From the NCBI GenBank assembly GCA_026770705.1, contig JANJGN010000041.1, positions 6,696,001-6,760,000 of the forward strand: 64,000 nucleotides of DNA, read 5' to 3'. The translations under genes and the position numbers were made by a program. Numbering within the stretch: position 1 is the stretch's first letter; each line of letters opens with the position of its first letter. This document shows positions 41,400-53,672 of the stretch, in pieces. The notes under the pieces were generated by a model that saw only the letters and a program-made list of their open reading frames with translations, was not told the DNA's origin and ran no database searches. The stretch is from Isurus oxyrinchus (Eukaryota).

Positions 41400-42570
41400 C
41401 CGCTGTTGCATGTGCTACAGCTCAACTCTTCGCTGTTTCAGCATACCTGATGCTGCTCCTGACATTGTCTCTGCATTCCGCATTGTGCCATGTTTACACT
41501 CTTGATTTGGTGGTTATGGTGGATTGGGGTATATGCTGGGCCCTGATTGGTGATTGTGGTTCTGATACAATTCTGCTGCTGCTGATGGCCCACAGTGCCT
41601 CACATAGGCCCAGTTTAGCACTGCTAGTTCCGTTCTGAATGTAATAAATCTAAGACAGTGGTTGTGATGCTCAACACAGTAGAATGATTCCTCAGTGTGA
41701 AGACAACACTTCGGCTCCAAAGCTTTGTGCAGTGATCACTCCAGCTAAGACAACCATTGGCACATGCAACAGCGACAGTTGGTGAGGACAATATCGACAT
41801 GTTTTTTTTTTGCCTGCTGCTGGTTCTTTCACCAGTTGCCACAGAGCAACCCTGAAAGATATGTCCTATTATTATTCCTTTGGTTGGAGGTGTATGTGGC
41901 TAGGCCACATTTTCACTGCCAACTGTAAGTTGCCCCCCAGAAGGTGAGCAGGAGCCTTGTTCTTGAATCCTCGCCATCCAGCTTCTTCATGGCTCAGCCA
42001 ACTCGTGAGCCGTACCACTGCTGTGTCATTCCTGGAAAGGAACATCTGGGACTCACCATCAGAGTGCCATCTGCCATCCCAGTAATCCTTTAACTTGGTG
42101 TTCACCACATAGGAGAAACTATCCACCAGCTGAGGGGAGATGGTATTTGGGAAGAAGCAGGAGTCCTTCTTTCCTGTGTCTGAATGAATCTTCCTCTGAC
42201 CCAAGGCTCTGAGGAAGACTTACACGGACTCCAAATGTCCGTGGGTTTATTTCTTCTCCTCAGATGCTGTTAGATCAGCTTGGCTTTCCCAAATGTTGCT
42301 GGTTTTTCTGTCAGATTAGCAGCATCCGCAGTATTTTGCTTTTCTCCCCATTTTATATCTTTGCCCTGAAGCGCTGTGATGCACTGTAGAGTCTGAATTA
42401 AATGCTGGGAGCTCCACATTATTGCTCCACTGGATTGTCTGCCACTCCACCGTTACCCTGGTAGCCTCTGCCCTGCTCGTGGTGCAGGGCATATCCTGGA
42501 TTGTGCCGGAAGAGCTTGGGGCATTGGATGCAAATTGTGTGTGTCTGCGACCAGATCTGTCGTGGTATTA
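41400..42570 (-). mobile_element. CR1-group LINE endonuclease fragment 3' of the intact defensin, interrupted by later insertions
   Basis: 42400-42570 reverse complement reads as decayed IPGY.L.H.Q.R....GG (APE). 41400-41820 continues the same element. A Penelope pLTR piece sits at ~42208-42343. Confidence 0.6.
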
Positions 42571-42686
42571 TCCCATGTCAAAGCGGTCCTGCCATTTGTC
42601 GACCTCCCCCTTCATCCCCTGTCAGTGCGTGGTGATGTAAATGTGAAATGAGCAACGGACAAGAGAAGGTGATCAATGCAGCTGGT

Positions 42687-42692
42687 TTTATT
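42687..42692 (-). promoter_or_regulatory. Poly(A) signal of the intact beta-defensin-like gene
   Basis: AATAAA about 120 nt past the stop, in a GTGAATAAAAC..GCTGCA context shared with the paralogs. Confidence 0.75.
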
Positions 42693-42813
42693 CACAGGAA
42701 GGAGAAAACAGTGTGCCACGTGGTGCTGCATCTAGTAACTTACAGAAATGACAGTCAGCTTCAGTGGGAGCCTCAGACGGGAATCAGAATGGTACATGTT
42801 TACTTTTAGTGAC

Positions 42814-42932
42814 TCAATCCTTCATGCAGCACTTGAAGAAAGGAAGACATTTCTCTTTGACGCGGGTCTCAGCTCCCTTACAGCGGCGGAATCTGCATTT
42901 CCCTCCAACGCTGGGACATCCCAGTAAACTAC
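42814..42932 (-). CDS. Beta-defensin-like gene, exon 2 (mature peptide)
   Basis: Acceptor ctcctgtctcttcaccag, then (G)SLLGCPSVGGKCRFRRCKGAETRVKEKCLPFFKCCMKD*. Cysteine pattern C-x6-C-x4-C-x10-C-x5-CC, net charge about +7, no stops. Confidence 0.9.
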
Positions 42933-43706
42933 CTGGTGAAGAGACAGGAGGAGGTTATTGACGCCACGAGCCAGGAAAGTCGATTGTGGCCAAAACATGG
43001 AAAATGTGCACTGTTCCCCAGGTGTGGTCTATCAGAGCCACTTTATCTCTGCATTTTAATCAAGAGAGCGCCTCACAAATAGAAATGGTGGTTTGGGCTT
43101 TACACAGCCAGAATGAAAGCAACTTCTGTCGCACCTTCAATTTAATATAAAACCAATTAGTGAACTTAACAGGAACATGATGAAAAACAACTTATACCAA
43201 GCCTCATGAGCAGAGGGAGGGATTTCAGGGACATCTGAAGACACAGCCTCCAATGTTGGATTCACATTCTGACAGTATCTGTGGGGCGCAGGTATCCCCT
43301 CAGGGTTGTGAGACTGCAGGACACGACAGGGATGGAGGTGGAGACAACAAATGGGAAAGGGGAAATAGGGAAGGATTTGTCCACACGGTATTGTGTTCAT
43401 GGAATACATCACCAAGGGGTCGAATGCAATTGAGAAATACGTGGGGAAAAGGAGAACTGTTTCTATGATAAGCCTCGCTGCTGGTTATCTAAATAAAAAA
43501 AAAACAATTTTAGCGAATTGTGTGAAAATGCACAAAACTAAAATTGTTAGATTTGCATTTGGAAATAATTTTAACTGTTCTAGGCTGGTGGAGTAAAGCA
43601 AATATCTGTCCTGTACCAATTCGGTGTTAGAACAGTCTTGAGTGGTTGAAGGGACTCCTGTTCCAATCAATATTGCTCAAGAATCACTATTGAGAGACAC
43701 GCTCAC

Positions 43707-43797
43707 CTCCCAATTGCACAATCTCTTGGAGCGAGATAGAGAGAGTCTCTCCCAGCAACAGGAATCCAAGTACCACGAACAGAGCTTTCGACATCAT
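43707..43797 (-). CDS. Beta-defensin-like gene, exon 1 (signal peptide and short propiece)
   Basis: MMSKALFVVLGFLLLGETLSISLQEIVQLG. The 91-nt phase-1 exon ends GGAG|GTGAGC and splices in frame to exon 2 for a 69-aa precursor. Confidence 0.88.
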
Positions 43798-43845
43798 ATC
43801 CTGAGCTCCTGAGAGTCACAAGGAGATAACCAGACACCAATGTTC

Positions 43846-43905
43846 TTTATAGTAATTGAGCGACTGTTCACGAGTTAATAATAACACGCACGCAATGGGG
43901 ATTGG
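43846..43905 (-). promoter_or_regulatory. TATA box (43846-43851) and CCAAT box (43901-43905) of the defensin gene
   Basis: TATAAA lies ~50 nt upstream of the ATG and GCCAATC a further ~50 nt upstream. The TATA context is conserved in the paralogs at 53673 and 61697. Confidence 0.75.
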
Positions 43906-44209
43906 CTGCACTTTAACAGTGATGACGACGCAATAACTCTTCCAAGTCGGATGTGTGGTAATTAAGAGGGAGACAGGTCTGTGTAATGATTGAACTGGAG
44001 GTTTAGTAAACAACGTCACTGTGTTAGAAGTAAGAATCATATTGCACAAAATAAGGCCATTCTGGCCATTTAGCCTCTCTTGACGCTTAGCCAGAGCTAC
44101 CGAATTCTGCCGACTCTATATCTACTCATTCTCCATAGCTCTGTCATTTTTAAATTTTCAAATTCAATCATTTCAACAAGTGCATAATCTTCCATTATCC
44201 TTCCAGGAA

Positions 44210-46260
44210 GCACCGCTGGTGCATTTGTTTTTCATGACAAAGGACATTGAATAATGGCATTGATGTAGACCATCCAGTATCAGAAACGCTGATGCCCTTT
44301 CATATAAGGCTACCCTCTAAGCAAGTCACTTTTTGTGGTAGGTGTTGACTGTCTGGATTTCTTGCTAGATCGTCTGATCATCGCCTGTGATATGAATCTG
44401 CCTTTGTTATCACGTTCATTTTTCGGTATTTAATGCAGAGTGCTTGTAACCCAAATCTTTTCCACACCATTACGATGGCTGAACTCCAATTAGTGTGACC
44501 AGGCCCTATCCTGTCGTGTTGAAGCAGAAATTGAATTTCCTCCTGCACTATTGGTAATTTTACTGGATTTCATCTCTAATCGTGTTGCCTATTTGAAGCT
44601 TAGTTCCCCACCTCAGTATCATGTACAGCCGAATATGCATTCCCCAATTCTTTTGCAATAGTTTTTTTAAATCACTCTGACGCTTTTCTGGAAGGTAACC
44701 TAAGCACAAATTTATGTTCCTCAGTACTTCCTCATTATGCATTTCAATCAGAGGTAGGTCAGGTTCAGAATCCTTACCCTTTGCCTCTGTTCCCTTACTT
44801 ACAACTACCTCTACCCTTTCCTTTTTATCCTGTCTGTTAAAAATGTGTTTAAGCCAATTTTAATGATGCACCGGCCGGCTCTTCCTTCTACCTGGGGTAC
44901 TTTACTACACAGATTACCACACTTAGCCGCTTTTCCACCTGGTAAGGCCCGCTAACAATTGGCTTCAAATCTGGAAACAAAACTAACACTTTGTCCACAG
45001 CTAAAAAACTGCGAGCCTTTGTCCTTTCAGCTGTATTTTCCTTCGTCACTTGCTGAGGTATAACTAACATTTCCCTGCATAGCTCAGATGCCTTCCTCAA
45101 TCTTTCTTTGAAATTCGCCACATGATCCAAAAAAGTATTATCTGAATTTTGCCCCACGATGTTCGCCTGAATCATTGCCTGACGATAAATTAACTCAAAA
45201 GGACTGAATCGTTTTGACACATTAAGGATGTCCCTATAGGAAACCAAAAAGAATAAAATCCCTAGAAAATAACCATGTGGATAGTCTTGAACACATACGC
45301 TAATTGTAGCCTTAATGCAGTGTTACCACCATTCTAAGGCACACTGTGATTCAGGGAGATCCGCTGACGTCATAAACTGTTATATTCCTTGGCTGTCCAT
45401 AACTTATCTACACAGCTGTGATATGAAATTCGAACCCTGATCCAACTGTATTTCTTTTGTTAATCCATATCTTATAATACAAAAATATTTACTCCACTTT
45501 GCTGCACTTTTCCTTAAAGGCAAGCTTCTGGAAATCTCTGGACACATATATGAGTGTCAGTAAGTACAGATTACCACTTTTAGCCTGAGGGAGGTGTCCT
45601 ACACAATCAATCAGGAGACTGTCAAATGGTTCCTCAAACGCTCGCATTTGAAATAAATGTGAAGGTTTAACAGCTGCTACAGCTTTTCCTTACAACTGAC
45701 ATATGCAACATGTTTGACAGAATTTGTGTACATCTTCATGTAATCAAGTCAAATAGATTGTTTCCTTCATTGTCATTAGCTTGGATATTCCTAATTCCCA
45801 CATTTACAGCGATTGGAATTTAATGAGACACTCTCAAAATTTAATTCCAGTACACAGAAGGTGTCACTACTTCGTGCACTACTGTCCACTTTCCATCTCC
45901 ATGAACAAGACGCTGCTTCCATTTCTTAATTAACATTGTTCTGAATGTAAATACACTCTGTAATGCATTCTGCTTCAATTTCAGAGTAAACGGTGAGGTT
46001 TACCTGCGTTATGTGTGGGCATTGCATATTTAGCTCCACTAATGAACTGAATACTTCAGTCTCATCCTCTTCAACCCTCTCATCCTGAGCAATATTTTCA
46101 AGGATTGATCCAACCAATTTAATTTCATCATTGTCTGACTGTCTGTTAGATTATTCCACTTCTTGTGTAAATGTGTTCACCTGTGGTTCAGTCACCACAC
46201 AGTCTGGGAGCACTAGGATTCTCTTTCTTTTCAACCTCTGGTGATTCTGTCTCAACAGGT
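44210..46260 (-). mobile_element. Ty3/gypsy LTR retrotransposon relic, Gmr1-type order (integrase before RT)
   Basis: On the minus strand the integrase comes first (AFEEPFDSLLIDCVG, EIQLDQGSNF, FSPFELIY; ~45850-45150). RT follows (VQEEIQFLLQ, NWSSAIVMV, LCIKYRKMN.ITKADSY, DLLRG; ~44620-44215). Confidence 0.85.
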
Positions 46261-46334
46261 TGTTCTACTACAATAGGCTCTTACAACACAGCAGTTGATA
46301 AAGACTTATTTGTCAAAAAGGAAAATTGAACAAC

Positions 46335-47085
46335 TGTCATAGCCTATACTGGTATGCTTGAGATGCAACTCTGAATTCAGAAATAAAACCATCAATCTTC
46401 ACGAGGTGTTTTATGTAAAACTAAAGTAAATATTTATTAAATTAACAACAAATTGTAACGTATAGACATGTAAACAAATTATTAACGTAATACATTTTAA
46501 ACAATTTCTCAAATTAATTGCTCCCAGGTAAATTTTCACCAAGGCACCAATAGCTAATAGACTTTGTACAGACAACAGGCAAAGCACATTTGAACTTACG
46601 AATTCAAATTGTGGTTCATTTCAATTTGTTTCTTCTGCAGAAACAGCTCCAGGCTGACAGGATGGTTTGATCTTATCTTCAGTAACTCGTAAGTACAAAC
46701 TAATTTCTGCTTAAATCTAGCTTTCCCTTTGAATGCAAATTTTCATTTGCTTTACTAGTTTTTTTTTTAAATACCTCTATTAACAATAATCCTTTCATTC
46801 CACCAATTTTATTAGCAATATAGTGACATTGCTTGGTGTCGTATAGCTAGGAGCAATATTTACCCACTCTTTGAATGGTTTGTTCAACAAATATGAATTC
46901 CATTTTCCCTTTTACTGCTTCTCTTTATCTAACTAAAATCGAAAACTACTATACATCAATCAACCAGCCTGGCTGGATTTTATCCAGTTAAGATACACAG
47001 ACACAAAGAAAGACATCGACACCACTACTTTCCCAGTATGTAAACAATTTCCTCTAACAGCATAGACATTAATCGCTTCATGTCA
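46335..47085. mobile_element. Possible solo LTR
   Basis: TGTCAT...ATGTCA near-inverted ends, AT-rich, next to the gypsy relic. No target-site duplication seen. Confidence 0.35.
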
Positions 47086-47364
47086 AGGCATTGTCATTAC
47101 CTGTCACCCGGCCATATAATTCCCGCGACTAAAATGTACAATGCATGGCCAATTTCTGTACCACCCCCACAATCACATCCCCTGATTGCAAATCATTTTT
47201 GTAAAGTCACTTGATTCAATGAAATAGTTTGAAATTAGTGTCTTAACTTCATCTGCTCATCTTTGTTCCACAAACCATAAAACATTTCCTAAACAGAAAG
47301 CTGTGCATATCCGTTTTGCACACTTCCTTAAATCGTCTTTAAAAGCAAATTCTTCATAATTCTC

Positions 47365-47500
47365 GATAATAAGCCAAGCAACTATCCTAGTTGCCTTGTG
47401 CCTCCCATCTACGTGCTGACCCTCGGTGAGATCCTGCATCATCTATGAACTTTGGTCAGGGTTTTATGGCTCTGCCACAGTGTCTCTCCACCGGCATATG
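47365..47500 (+). pseudogene. Decayed promoter and exon 1 of defensin pseudogene A
   Basis: ccttgtgcctc matches CCTTGTGACTC in the 5' UTR of the intact gene. No usable signal-peptide frame or donor; exact exon limits uncertain. Confidence 0.4.
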
Positions 47501-47664
47501 TGGGGAAACATCTTCATCACCATTCACTCTCCTAGGACAGTAATGACCTGCAGGGAGGGAGGGTACCTATCAGCCTGGCCCGTGTTTCAAAACCATCCAT
47601 TGCCCCTCCTCCTTTATGTAGAATGTATGGCATTTCCCTTGTGCCCAGTCCCATCTGCATAACC

Positions 47665-48371
47665 CTTGGTTAGACTAGACTTGGAACATGGTGCATAGTT
47701 CTGGTCTCCCTATCCCTCTGTTTGACCACACCTGGAGCACTGTGCACGGTTCGAACCTCCATGTCCCTCGGTTCGACTACAACAGGAGCCATGCGCACAG
47801 CTCTGGTCTCCACACCCCTCTGTTAGACCACACATGTAGCTCTGTGTACAGTTCCATCCGCCATATGAATCAGTTATACCACACTTGGAGCACTGCGCAC
47901 AGCTCTGGCCTCCATATACCACGGATGGACCACACGTAGAGAACTGTGCACAGTGCCAGCCTCCATTGAACTCGGTTAGACCACACTTGGAGCACTGCGC
48001 ACAGTTTCAGCCTCCATATATCTCGGATAGACCACACTTATAGAACTGTGCACAGTGCCAGCCTCCATTTGGCTCGGTTAGACCACACTTGGAGCACTGT
48101 GCACAGTTCCAACCTCCATCTCCCTCAGTTAGACCACAGTTGGAGCACTGCGCACAGTTCCAGCGTCCATATATCTCGGATAGAACACACCTAGAGAACT
48201 GTGCACCGTTCCAGCTCCATATTCCTCGGTTAGAGCACACTTGGAGCACTGTCCACTGTTCCAGCCTCCATATCAATTGGTTAGACCACATTGGAGCAGC
48301 ACGCACATTTCTGGTCTCCATATCCATTGGTTAGACCACAGCTGGAGAACTGTGCACAATTCTGGGTTCCA
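47665..48371 (+). repeat. 51-bp CR1-derived minisatellite, ~14 units (intron of pseudogene A)
   Basis: Unit approximately GGTTAGACCACACTTGGAGCACTGTGCACAGTTCTGGTCTCCATATCCCTC, starting at 47668, 47719, 47770 and so on to 48329. Confidence 0.92.
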
Positions 48372-48451
48372 GGGAATTTGGTTACATGGCAACCGGGTGT
48401 GGCAGAGCTTTGAAAGTTGGTAACAATGAATTATTAATTTCTGTTTCCGAG

Positions 48452-48570
48452 GACAACGCAGAGAGTGTGCTGATTTTGGAGGCGCTTGCAGATTTGTCCG
48501 ATGTAACAGATATGAGAGGCTGTTTTAGGCATATTTCATATTTTGGCTCACCTGCTGCATAAGAAAATAG
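48452..48570 (+). pseudogene. Beta-defensin-like pseudogene A, exon 2
   Basis: 119 nt, same length as the intact exon: QRRECADFGGACRFVRCNRYERLF*AYFIFWLTCCIRK*. Premature TAG at 48526 and Cys4 lost. AATAAA at 48705-48710. Confidence 0.88.
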
Positions 48571-48829
48571 TTGTCTAAACATAACATGTCCCTATGTGCG
48601 ATATGCTCATGGCTGCGACTGGTGCTAACTGTAATTCCATAAATCCTGCTCTGATACATTCTGAGAATCCAGTGACCCCGGCCCACTGCTTTCTGTAGCA
48701 TGTGAATAAAACTGGCTGCATCGATCACTGCCTCTTGTCCATGTCTCAATTCGCACTCAGATCGGTGCATCACCATATCAGCATGGAATGAGGGGAGGTC
48801 ACGTAATGGCAGGGCCACATTGACACCCG

Positions 48830-49660
48830 GCTGCTCCTACATAATCACATTGGAAGAATCATAACTGAAAAGGAAATGTCACAGGCTCATCGCCCACATC
48901 CCAGGATAAGTTATGACCCACTGAATGAAAAGTTCTTCCTGACGTGCTGGCACAGGGAAATCCATAAGTGTAGGCTTGTGACAGGAGTGCTCAGTAAAGA
49001 CTCCAGTCTCTCTGATGTCTCAGGAGAGGTAGGCAAACAGTAGAAAGGGAGCATCTTGCTGACTCCCACATACCATTTTCCAGAATCTGTTCAATATATA
49101 CTCCTCCATGTTAAACACAGCATGGAATAAGCACTGAGCATATCAAATGCACATAATGTTCTCTGCTGTGGCACCGGCATGTCCATCACCAAGAGTGGCT
49201 CAGGGTCACCGTTACAGACCTAAGTGTCCGAGCCCGGAATGGCAGAATAGGCCTGAGGCAGGTGAACCAACAAGAGGGATGTTTCTACACGACATCATCC
49301 TCAGCAATGTACCTGCTGCAGTTGCATCAGTCCCTGACAGTGTTGATAGTAACGACCACCAAACAGGCCTTGTGACGACGGAGTCCTGTCTTCGCACTGA
49401 GGACAGACTCCATTAAATTCTCTGGCAATCATTGGATTCAGTGGGATAGATTCAGACCAGATCACACAGTTCAAATCTCAATATCCCCAACCCGTCAAGG
49501 GCCATCAGCAGCAGCAAAATTAAATTCAAATACAACCTGCAAATGTCATTGCCTGGCATATTCCTGACACCATCATAACGTTCAAGGCAAGGGATCAAGC
49601 CTGATTCACTGAAGAATACAGGAGGGAGTGTCAAGTGCAAGGCCAGCATATCGAAAAGAA
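48830..49660 (+). mobile_element. CR1-group LINE APE fragment co-duplicated with the defensin unit
   Basis: EPTRG.FL.DIILSNVPAAVASV.DSV.SNDH motif. Confidence 0.75.
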
Positions 49661-49839
49661 AATGATGTTCTAACCTTGTTTGGAATCACCTCATTGATAC
49701 ACTCGTGTAATTATTGTTACACACGATAGCAATTCTACTGTGCATAGTGTTATTGATGAAATTCTTTGATATGTAGGTATTATTGGAATGTTGTTAAGAT
49801 GCCTTTGACTTGGCTTCTCTTTAACAGTCCACTGCTTTT

Positions 49840-50380
49840 ATGTAGCTTTAAGGAGAGTACAAAGAGGAGGTATGAACTGAGATTGCATTTAGCCACATTT
49901 GGGCCCCAGTGTGTACAGCATCAGAATTAAGCAGGAGCCAGAACGTGTATGCTGACTGGCTAGAAGAATAGCCTGAGGAATCGATTTGGAATGTGATGGG
50001 GAATATGGAGCAGGACAGTCAGGAGCACTCTGCACTTGGAGAAGAATGAAAATATAGGGTACAAACAGAGGTTAGATTGTTGTACAGAAGACAGAATCAC
50101 TGTGCCCTTGGTCAAGAATCTTAATTATTCGATTAGATTAGAGCGAAGTTGGTTATGTAGAAGATATTCCCGCTGCTTCGTTGTTCTCGGAAAGGAACAT
50201 GTCGACACACAAATGGTAGCAGAGAGTTGGAGCTCTCTTCCACAAATAGCAATTAGACTAAAGAAGATTAGACTAAAGAACTCTAAACATGAGATAGATA
50301 GATGTTTGAAAGTCAAATAATTTGAGGGAAACGGGCAAAGGCAGGTTTATGGACACAGGACATGGGCTGGTGTGCACCAG
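49840..50380 (+). mobile_element. CR1 LINE 3' fragment
   Basis: Decayed CR1 ORF2 C-terminus (V..W.SLP..A......KxEIDR.L). Confidence 0.55.
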
Positions 50381-50389
50381 TCAGTCTGC

Positions 50390-51260
50390 GGATGCATCCA
50401 TGAGTTGTAGGCTGTTGCAGATGTTAACACATGAAGGATAATTCAGGAGCTGACCATTCACCAGAGTAGCCCAGCCAGATGTTGTGCAGTGCACCCAGCT
50501 TTGAGCGGGTTGAGTGTGAGAAGCTGCTTCAGGCACAGGGTCACAATCCAATAGCCCATCAGGTATCAACTAAACAAGATCTGTGTCGGGCTGCTCGAAT
50601 ATGTTGGACAACTGGATGGATTCACGGGGACGATGAGAGTTCTTTTTGACTGTCATCGTATTAGAGGTCCAACTGGTCCTGACAGGGAATGGGAGGAGAG
50701 TGTTAGACCAGAGAGGTCGGTGTCAGCTGTTGGAGGAGGAGAGGGGCAGGAAGGTGAGCTTGAGTCAGTCAGATGTGCCTCTGCAGTGCATCGCTCCTCC
50801 TCTGCAGCGCATCCTTCAGAATCTCCAATGCCCCGTCCGAGAGTCTGGGCCCCTGACCAGGACTGCCATTTAACCGTGTGCTGATTTGTGCCAGCGTGTC
50901 CACTGCCCCCATTCAGTGGAAGTGTGTTCGAGGAGGGCACAAATGCTGCCCCGTGAAAATTGTGTCTGATCAGCATTTGACTGTTCAAGGGAACAACAAC
51001 ATCCGGAGTGTTGCCCCACAGACTGTCCGATCAATGGCCTGACATAGCCACGCTCACCGAATGATACCCTAAAGCCAATGGCTCAGACTTCCCCATCACC
51101 GTCCCTCGGAAAAATCATCACCAGTGGCAGGGCCAGCTCACCAGATTTGACAGCCCAGTGGGATACAGTCAGAAAGGGTTGGGCCTGCGAGGACTCAAAA
51201 TTCAACGCACATCTAGTGGAACCTCATGGCACTGGGTCAAAGGATGGGGATGTAGTCTCT
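50390..51260 (+). mobile_element. CR1-group LINE, ORF1 end and APE start
   Basis: Decayed LKI..xNI...PDIATLTE..L....PD..ITV.G...GGG segment. Confidence 0.5.
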
Positions 51261-51272
51261 ATTTGGCACGGT

Positions 51273-51306
51273 ATATCTATATATATATATATATATATAC
51301 ATATAC
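51273..51306. repeat. (TA)n microsatellite
   Basis: Direct inspection. Confidence 0.85.
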
Positions 51307-52984
51307 CCTACTGCTAAAACATGTCCTTGCATTATTTCACAGCATTAGATAAATTCATCTGATGATATGTGGACACTCATAAGTTGCGTGATTGCACATT
51401 GTCCCCAAAGGAAGGCAGTGATCTTCTGGATCATATCCAGGGACAGCTCATTCCTACCGGAGTCAGATAGGATGGCGAATGGGGAAAGGGCAGTTCCAGT
51501 TCAGGGGCAAATTAACAACCAACCAGCAGGTGACTAAAATTGGAAGTATTTAACCATCAGTGCAGATGTGGAAGGCAGGGTGAGAGAGAGAAAGGGAGAT
51601 GGGGAGAGAGACAAGGATTTAGCATGAGCAGAAGAAGGAGGTGGAGAAGTCGGAGCAAAGGTGACAAAAATAGCCAAACAGGGGAACAGAGCGTGAAGAT
51701 TTATCTCCATTCCTAACACCATGGTGGGGGTATCGACACCACACGCACTGCAGCAGTTCAAGAATGCGGCTCCCCCAAAACTTTCTCAAGGGAGAAATGA
51801 CTGATGAGCAGTAATTTTGGACCCAGCCAGCGAAGCCCACGTCCCTTTAATGAATGAAAATATGATCAAGAGATAGCAATCGAGATATGGAGATGAGAGA
51901 GGGAGGGACTGAGCAAGAGATTCAGAAGGGGATGCAATAAGGAAAGAGGTGGAGAAACAAATACGCGGGTTTGGGGGAGAGAGAATGCGTGAGAGAGAGA
52001 AATGGAGAAATAACTTGCAAGACAAAGAGGGAGGGTGACAGTGAGTGTCATTTGGAGGACCATAGCAGACACAGTGATGCCTCTAGGAGTGTTACATTTA
52101 CCTGGGCACTTTGTACTAGGGGGCAGTCACATTATTCAGGACATGGTCTTCTGATTCGATCAGTGGCAAGGGACAGGAGGGTGTGCCTGCGAGTGAGGCA
52201 GGCATGGGGAACTCAGGAGGAATAAATGGAGCAGCCTCAGGGTTCCTGATTGTGCAAGAGGCTCTGGCGGCCTGTAAGGTTGGAAACGGCGGCTGTAGAG
52301 TGCAGGGGGAAAGTGGCCATGGCACCATGGCAACCGAGAGCTATTCAAGCTGTGGGAGTTTGTAGGAATGCTTGGTTTTTGTGGATGTGCAGCCAAGGGC
52401 ACAGGCAATGTAGTTGAGAGCAGGAGTCTGGAGGGCAGTGTGTTGCATGGCCAGTTCACGGCTCTGGGCTGGACAGGGGATTTGGAGTGGGATGAGGAGG
52501 GTCCACTGTGTTTGGTCCACTGATACATTGTTTAGACACATTGATCCCGGAACCACTGGTCATTGAATCCAATAACTACATCACCGCCCCTTTGGGGCAC
52601 TTCGTTGCTGCTGTGTCAACCTATTGACTGTGGTGGGGAGGCAAGTTCAGGAAATGCCTAGGACACACTTGCATCTTCCCCCAGCAATGCAGTCACTCAC
52701 CCACAGAATCGGAACTCACATCCTTGGTCCCAAAGGCCAGGGCCATCACCATCCCCAGAAACGGCCTGTACCCTCTAGTGGGACAGGCCCTCAGAGGTCG
52801 GCATGTACTCTCTCTGGATGCCTCCAAGCATTGAGTTCAAATTCGATGACGCCTCGATGCATTCTGTCCAAGACAGGCCAGGAATTCTGGAGAAGCAGGT
52901 TAACAGCAGGTTTTACTGGAGTTAAGAACACGGCGATGAATTAGTGTTGAACTGGCATTTCTTCTGTCAGGCGGGACACACTGA

Positions 52985-53135
52985 ACTCAATGTGCCCGCA
53001 GCAGGCTCTTCAAACACCAGTGACATAATAGCCAGATAATCTGTATCATTGATACTAATCGCCAGATTAATATTGGTCCCATGGCATCAGGTGTAACTCC
53101 CCAACTATTCTTTCACTAGTGGCAGTGGGGTATAT
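52985..53135 (-). mobile_element. DeuSINE-like (SacSINE1/AmnSINE1-type) fragment
   Basis: Resembles the reverse-complemented Deu core (ccagataatctgt...aatattgg.c...aactcccc..ct.ttct). Confidence 0.5.
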
Positions 53136-53139
53136 TCGA

Positions 53140-53450
53140 GGGTGATGGATTGGGATATCGGTAGAAATGTATTGATGATAATTCACAAAGCAACTGGAGG
53201 GATGATGAACAGAATGTCTTTATGATGCAGCGAGCTGTTGTGAACTGGAATGTGCTGCCTGAAAACGTAACAGAAGCACATGCAATAGCACCTTTCAAAA
53301 GGGAAGTTATATGAATAATTGACAGGAAAAGTAATGACAGGGCGATGGGGGAAGAGAAGTTATGGGGGAAGCATGATTCGGTAAACCTCTCAATGAACCA
53401 GCAGAGACAAGATGGGCCAAATAGCCTTCATCACAGCTGAATGATTCTTA
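53140..53450 (+). mobile_element. CR1 LINE 3' end
   Basis: F.QR.V.NWN.LPE.V.EA..I..FK.E motif followed by the 3' UTR. Confidence 0.65.
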
Positions 53451-53672
53451 AATTTTCACAGTGAAGAATTCCTTCAATCCTTCACCTGGTCAATCATTAC
53501 ACTTTTCAGTGTCTCTGCTGATTAATAAAATCCTTTTTGGGAGGCAGATTTAGACGTGGATTCCAGTTAATGTCAGTCTCAGTTAGTAATGTGTTCCTTT
53601 GACGTGCACAAGGTTAAACCAACACTCACCGTGTGTCTGCAATTATTAACGACAAAATTCTCTGTCTGTTCA

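Noticed and set aside
42465-42600. Plus-strand Cys-rich frame WCRAYPGLCRKS...VCDQICR as a fifth defensin
   Set aside because: Cys3 and the terminal CC are missing, and the opposite strand is clearly LINE endonuclease sequence.
43135-43207. Hydrophobic stretch (KLFFIMFLLSSLIG) as defensin exon 1 or a middle exon
   Set aside because: It has in-frame stops from its ATG, no TATA box, and incompatible splice phases. The 43707-43797 exon fits cleanly and aligns with the paralogs.
47665-48371. 51-bp arrays as CRISPR-like loci
   Set aside because: The units are contiguous with no unique spacers, derive from CR1 ORF2, and sit in vertebrate DNA with no cas genes.
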